A DNA stretch of 64,000 bases from a virus, in the IMG/VR virus record IMGVR_UViG_3300037461_000951, positions 47,067 to 111,066 of that record, one strand, 5' to 3'. Numbering within the stretch: the stretch's first letter is position 1; each line of letters begins with the position of its first letter. A model generated the notes under the pieces. The model ran no database searches, had not been told where the DNA came from, and saw nothing but the letters and a program-made list of their open reading frames with translations. A program made the translations under genes and the position numbers. This document shows positions 59,032-64,000 of this stretch, piece by piece.

Positions 59032-59565
59032 TTAGACACGGGATTGCAGACACAGCTTCCAAAGGTCACCATCGAATTCTCCACGCCGCCAGTCTTCAAA
59101 CAAAATTCTGGCATCTTTCAAAAATTCCGTTTCTGCAAACAGCATGGGAAATCCTCGACCTCCACGTGCTTGCCCATCGTAAATCCCGAACTCTTGCATG
59201 TGACGATTCCATTCTCGTCCATGGGGATTGACGGTAATTCTTCGTAGCGCATGTGAGTAATACTGCCTCTGCGTAATGCCGTGGCACACTTCATGGACTC
59301 CCGTATGCGCCACTTGATTAAACAGATCATCAGCAGTCTGCACCCGGTTACAATCCAAGATGGTGTACGGTGAAATCGTCACCTTTGATACGTTCTGATC
59401 GAAGTAGTACGTACACACTCCCAAAGAGCGTGCTTGGGAATCTTTGCCTACCACAATGTGAGCAGCATCATTCCGTAACATTTTGCTCTTGTGAACGAGC
59501 AACTGAAACCACAACCAAGCCGCCTTAGCTTCGTTGGGACGATTCAAACCTTTGTTGAACTTCAT
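59032..59565 (-). CDS. SprT-like zinc metallopeptidase domain protein
   Basis: LGVC...HEVCH...PHGREW. Confidence 0.75.
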   Translation of the reverse strand: MKFNKGLNRPNEAKAAWLWFQLLVHKSKMLRNDAAHIVVGKDSQARSLGVCTYYFDQNVSKVTISPYTILDCNRVQTADDLFNQVAHTGVHEVCHGITQRQYYSHALRRITVNPHGREWNRHMQEFGIYDGQARGGRGFPMLFAETEFLKDARILFEDWRRGEFDGDLWKLCLQSRV

Positions 59566-59697
59566 GTCAATTCTCCCATTAGAGCGTTCACACGCTCTCT
59601 GAAAAGACGAAAATCTCTGAAAAAAGCGGTTGAAAAAATGTAGAGAAAAACAAGTGTTTTCCTCTACATCATTTGTTTCGCATGAAACAAACTTAGC

Positions 59698-62139
59698 TTA
59701 TCTCAACCCGGCCCAAGTCTGCCGCTTGACTTCTCCATCGAAAAACATCTTGCGGAACTGTACCGGCTTCTTATAAGCCGTTAAAATCTGCTTGATGTCG
59801 CTGGTATCCATACCGCAATCTTCAACCAGTTGCCGTGCTTTCTGCAACCGTGTCAATTCATCCATGTTGACGCATCTGCAAAGCACTTGGACATCTTCCG
59901 GGAACAAATGCTCACGAATGTTGAGCCACGGCGAATCTCCATCCATGTACACGCTCTCGATTGACATATCGTTCAACCGAATCATGTAATTCTTCAACAT
60001 ACGCTCCCGGTCATCCTTGGTCAGCCCAATACCACCTTTAGTGAATCCCCGATCCCCTTCCAGTGTTTCCCGCATCTGATCGACAAGCGGAGCCACCTCA
60101 GCTTCAAATTCGGGATCGTCAATTCCCGCTTCATGAATCTTCCGTAATCCAGCCACCGATGCGGTTCTCAGTCCATTGATTTCTTCGCCACGGTGCATCT
60201 CTTCCGCATTGAACTCTACGAAGTTAAATCCAAGCGCAGTAAACAACTTCTCCATTTTATCGGCATCGACAATCTTGGATCGACCATTTCCGCATACTTC
60301 ACCAATGAATTCTCCATTAGCGAATTCGGACTCGAAGCCTTCCACCACTCGCTCTGGCGAACAAGTGATCTCCATGTAAATCGTGCTTTCCGTCAGCACC
60401 GCCGATCTGGCACCGTTGACGGTACACGACTTGTCACCTGTCCGAAGTTTTCCGCTCTTCGACCGGATCATTTTGCCGACATTGGCTTCCGCCTTTTTCG
60501 TCAATTCCCGTCGAGCATTCTTCGACGAAGCTACCCAAGCTTTCGCCAATTCTTTCCTTGCTTGCTCATAGTACGTTAATCCCGATTCTTCATGGATTTC
60601 ATCGTACCAGTCCGACACGTCGAACTCTTGAGCATCCGAAAACCCCGTACTGGCGCTCTCCACGAATTGGAGTTTGATTTTCCCATCGTGAGTCTTGACC
60701 GGATTGCCATCTGCATCCAATACTGGAACGAGTATTGGCTTGCCATCGGCATCTACCACCCGATTTGTCGCCATGTCGGGATCGACATTCTTCATGGTGC
60801 GAATGTCGGACTTGAGCTTCTCATGACCCAACAGCTTGCGAATCTGATCATCCAAATTCCATTGAATGAATCTTTCACAGTTCTGCTGCCGCCGCATGGC
60901 ATCCAAATGCGGAATGTAAATCTTGGGGGCTAATCCAGCCTTCGTCAGCCGGGAACTGTGAACCCCTGCCATGGCATTGATAGCCAGTTTCCGAGCATCT
61001 TTGTTCGGAAACTTCCATGCATAATACGATTCTAGCGGGTTGGGATGATCCGCCAGCCACCCTTCCAGCACCGACCAATCTTCCGCTTCGGCACAGTGAT
61101 GCGCCAGTTCTCCGTGGATCGAGTTCCATTTCGTTAGATGGACAGCACTACCTGCCACGTTAATCCATCCATCAGCACATCTGCACTGCCGGTGCCGAAC
61201 ATACGGCACCAGTCCCACCATGAACACCTCACGTTGGTTCTTGCCGGATGCCATGTTGCCATCTCCAGCATTTTTACCACCGGACTCCTGTGCCCCCATT
61301 CCGTTGGTAGTCATCGGAACTGTCACCACCTTTAATGATTCAAACTCCTCCTTGAGCATGATCCCACATTCGATGGAGTTCTCCATCGGCTCATGCACCA
61401 ACACCTCACGTTTAAACACCGTCCCACGTTCTTCGAACTGAATTTCGACGCTTGGATGCTTTGCCACCTCAACGGGTTTCAGCGAAATCACCGTTCTCCC
61501 GTATTGGCGACTCGATGTCATAAACGTGGGCTTGTTCTTTTCATTCAACCCACCGTCGAACACCTTCAGCGTTCCAGCCGATTGTGAACCACGCGGATTC
61601 TGTAACTGAACATCCCAATCCGATCCGAATTTCTCGGACATTGCCACGTCAAACGCACTCTTGATGCGCTTTTCCGTGACCACGGAATCTGCGGATTGGG
61701 GCGTCGTGGCAATGCGGTCAATCACTTTTTCATCTTCGAAAAACTGACCGTCAATTTCCACGATCTCTTTGACAGTTTCTTGCCAGTGGTATTCCACACC
61801 ATTTCCTGAAACCGTGGTGTGGATAGCGCATTCGACTTCCATATCTTCGGTATCCATTCTGCGAACCAACTCCAGTTTGAAACACGCTTCCTGCTTGGAC
61901 AATACTTCTCGCTGGCATTTCGGCTCGAACTGTGAGCCGCCGTTCTTTATCCATTCCATCTGATCCGCTGCATTTAAGCAACGGAAATAGGCGGATAAAG
62001 CGACCGAATCTAAGTCACCGAAATCCAAGTTTTCCAGCGCACCCCATACTGCCGATACTACATCCGGTTCTCCGGGGCAGTTCACTTCTAGCCGGAGTTT
62101 CATCTCCAGCAAACGAGTGTCAATTTTGTTCATGCTCAT
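59698..62139 (-). CDS. Large hypothetical protein (~813 aa)
   Basis: Long open frame; GGAGAAT RBS before MSMNKID; no motif recognised. Confidence 0.8.
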   Translation of the reverse strand: MSMNKIDTRLLEMKLRLEVNCPGEPDVVSAVWGALENLDFGDLDSVALSAYFRCLNAADQMEWIKNGGSQFEPKCQREVLSKQEACFKLELVRRMDTEDMEVECAIHTTVSGNGVEYHWQETVKEIVEIDGQFFEDEKVIDRIATTPQSADSVVTEKRIKSAFDVAMSEKFGSDWDVQLQNPRGSQSAGTLKVFDGGLNEKNKPTFMTSSRQYGRTVISLKPVEVAKHPSVEIQFEERGTVFKREVLVHEPMENSIECGIMLKEEFESLKVVTVPMTTNGMGAQESGGKNAGDGNMASGKNQREVFMVGLVPYVRHRQCRCADGWINVAGSAVHLTKWNSIHGELAHHCAEAEDWSVLEGWLADHPNPLESYYAWKFPNKDARKLAINAMAGVHSSRLTKAGLAPKIYIPHLDAMRRQQNCERFIQWNLDDQIRKLLGHEKLKSDIRTMKNVDPDMATNRVVDADGKPILVPVLDADGNPVKTHDGKIKLQFVESASTGFSDAQEFDVSDWYDEIHEESGLTYYEQARKELAKAWVASSKNARRELTKKAEANVGKMIRSKSGKLRTGDKSCTVNGARSAVLTESTIYMEITCSPERVVEGFESEFANGEFIGEVCGNGRSKIVDADKMEKLFTALGFNFVEFNAEEMHRGEEINGLRTASVAGLRKIHEAGIDDPEFEAEVAPLVDQMRETLEGDRGFTKGGIGLTKDDRERMLKNYMIRLNDMSIESVYMDGDSPWLNIREHLFPEDVQVLCRCVNMDELTRLQKARQLVEDCGMDTSDIKQILTAYKKPVQFRKMFFDGEVKRQTWAGLR

Positions 62140-62384
62140 ATTCTCCAGTTTCGATCCCATCTGATGGAATCGGGGTTGAAAACACAATTTCCCACCGTGA
62201 TTTTACCACCGTTGGGGAGATTTTACTACTTGGAATTGCAGACCGTGTTGCCAGTCTGCATGGTGAGAACGAACTTCAACGGTTCCCACCTGGACAGTAA
62301 ATAGCCACAAGCAGCCCAAGATCAAAATCCATCTGGGCAGTTGCGGCCATACAAAACAATGGAACCACCGAATAAACTCAGACA

Positions 62385-62657
62385 TCAAGTTTCTTCCACA
62401 TAAAAATCTGCATGGTCGGGGTATTGCTGGAATACGAATTCATCCGTCAGAAAGTATGCTGTCTGGAAAAACACCTGATGGCAGTCGGGGTCAAAATACT
62501 CGAACGTCTGTTCAACAACGAATGAACCGTCTGACAGTTTGAGTATCATGCTGTCGGGGTCGAAGACATGAATTTCTGCCACATCGGTATAATCCAAGGG
62601 CATTTGAGATTCGACGGTTTTCTCAGCCAGTGACAAACACTTGTTTTTCTGATTCAT
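62385..62657 (-). CDS. Hypothetical protein
   Basis: GGAGAA RBS, ATGA overlaps. Confidence 0.6.
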   Translation of the reverse strand: MNQKNKCLSLAEKTVESQMPLDYTDVAEIHVFDPDSMILKLSDGSFVVEQTFEYFDPDCHQVFFQTAYFLTDEFVFQQYPDHADFYVEET

Positions 62658-63208
62658 GACATTTTCTCCAGTGAACGCAGTAAGCTCTGAACGTTAATTT
62701 CCAGTTTTCGCAGCTTCTTCTCGATGGGCATATCGGTATCCGCCAGTAAGAGTGCCAAGTTCTGGCGGTATGTTTTTGTTCTGGAATTTAACTGGTCTCG
62801 AAATTCCGATTTTAATCTTTCGGGTTGCTGTGCCAGTTGGAATTCCAAGATGCGAATTTCTTGGAGCAGTGTTTCGCTCATTTCATTTTCTCCGGTTGTC
62901 AAACATTTCTGGTCATTTTGACCATTTGAAAATGATGCTGGCGCATCCATGATAAACCCGATTTGCAGAGTTTTCAATCCATTTCGATGGATTTTCTGCG
63001 GGTTGGATTTAAAACCCATGTCAAATTCGTCTGGAAAGCGTTCAAAATCGTCTCACAAGCCCCGCTATCCAGAAAGTGGTGCGATGGTAGCGGGTAGAGG
63101 ATTGACCCCTCTTAAATCGTCTCGTTGGGGCATTATCGAATACACTTTCTTCGAACATGAATTTCTCGATGGGTGGACGGAACGCTACCCTCCCGGTCGG
63201 TGAAATCC

Positions 63209-63237
63209 AGTTTAGCATACTTTTTCAGAGTTTGCAA
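63209..63237 (-). promoter_or_regulatory. First early-type promoter of the array
   Basis: TTGCAA-17-TAAACT with extended TG. Confidence 0.65.
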
Positions 63238-63461
63238 GCTTTTTATTGTAATCATGAAGAGTATCATGTTATGTAATTACTGTACAAATCTTCATGATTG
63301 GGTTTTTCAGTATGGAGAGTTTGTAACGCCGACTCTGCTTCTGCTCCCAAAAAGAGGGTGAAAAACTCTTTGTTGATGACGATTTCCGTCTCTATACCCC
63401 ATGCACACGCTATTTTAGTAAGGTATGAGTTCCTCTATACCACATGTTTTTGGAGAGTTTG

Positions 63462-63761
63462 ATGAAAAAATTATCGTTAGAAGAGCGTTGGCTCAGCAAA
63501 TTGGACGAATCTTTGGATGATGAATCTTGTTGGATATGGAAAGGGAGTGTGTCGAGTCAAGGTTATGGAAAGCTCCGAGTAGATGGAAAAAACATTCTTG
63601 CACACCAGATCGGTTGGCGGTTACTGGGTAACACGGGGTGTAGAGGCAAAACACATCTTCGAAACAAGTGTGGTAACAAACTCTGTGTCAATCCCGACCA
63701 CTGGGAAAAAGAGTTGAAAGTGAAGTCTTTGTTGGGGTGTACTGAGGAAGATATCGATTAA
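63462..63761 (+). CDS. HNH (His-Me finger) endonuclease, possibly degenerate
   Basis: CWIWKG....GYGKL......AHQIGW...RNKCGNKLCVNPDH; the expected catalytic His before the first Cys is replaced by Asn. Confidence 0.75.
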   Translation: MKKLSLEERWLSKLDESLDDESCWIWKGSVSSQGYGKLRVDGKNILAHQIGWRLLGNTGCRGKTHLRNKCGNKLCVNPDHWEKELKVKSLLGCTEEDID

Positions 63762-64000
63762 AACTCTTTTATACATCGAGTTTCCCGTCTCTATACCCCA
63801 TGAGCCAATTCAGCATGAAGGTATTACGTAATATGTGTCATGTAATATCTTCATGACTGTGTAAAGGGTCATAAACTCTCCAATATCGTGGGAATACTGG
63901 AAGCCTTACACCATTGGACATCAGGTGTCGTTCCCATTTCTTCCCGCATGATTTTCGTCCAGATCTTACCATGATGTGCATGGGACTGAAATCTTTTGCA

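Larger units (their letters stand above)
32958..63240 (-). other. Early-gene array of many small co-oriented ORFs with repeated promoter/RBS cassettes
   Basis: Dense minus-strand ORFs; more than 20 starts preceded by GGAGAATT; more than 12 TTGCA..TAnACT promoters. Confidence 0.8.

Noticed and set aside
59698-62139. RNA polymerase subunit
   Set aside because: DADGK/DADGN are not the DxDGD catalytic motif and lie in a short local repeat.
33290-62952. Plus-strand ORFs in the early array (other than 41356-41817)
   Set aside because: Antisense shadows of minus-strand genes, with no RBS and no protein-like motifs.
1-64000. Genome-wide stop-codon reassignment
   Set aside because: Standard code gives dense, intact genes, and many end in TGA or TAG with ATGA overlaps.

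Overview
The window looks like part of a large dsDNA bacteriophage or phage-plasmid genome. The host is probably a Gammaproteobacterium, inferred from sigma70-type promoters and CsrA/RsmA-type hairpins. Left arm (1-15.4 kb, mostly minus strand): a Ro60/TROVE gene preceded by four Y RNA-like units, a plasmid-type Rep gene with iterons and an RHH protein, a small RNA antisense to the genome's shared ribosome-binding site, and a Hel308/Ski2-like helicase split into two genes 5.3 kb apart. Between the helicase halves lie an HNH endonuclease and a plus-strand unit made of a conserved HPAQV-motif protein followed by two permuted tRNA-like ncRNAs. Middle (15.5-32.9 kb, plus strand): SleB-type endolysin and holin, virion decoration/fibre genes (BspA-type LRR, FN3/PKD, RcGTA-like head-spike base and fibre), gp49/66-family, KilA-N, RebB-like and SNase genes. 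Right arm (33-63 kb, minus strand): dozens of small early-type genes driven by a repeated promoter-hairpin-RBS cassette, including DenV-like glycosylase, ArdA, Csx16 and SprT-like genes. The best candidate for an undescribed system is the protein plus tandem permuted tRNA-mimic RNA unit at 9591-10870. All family assignments are from motif recognition only; no searches were run.
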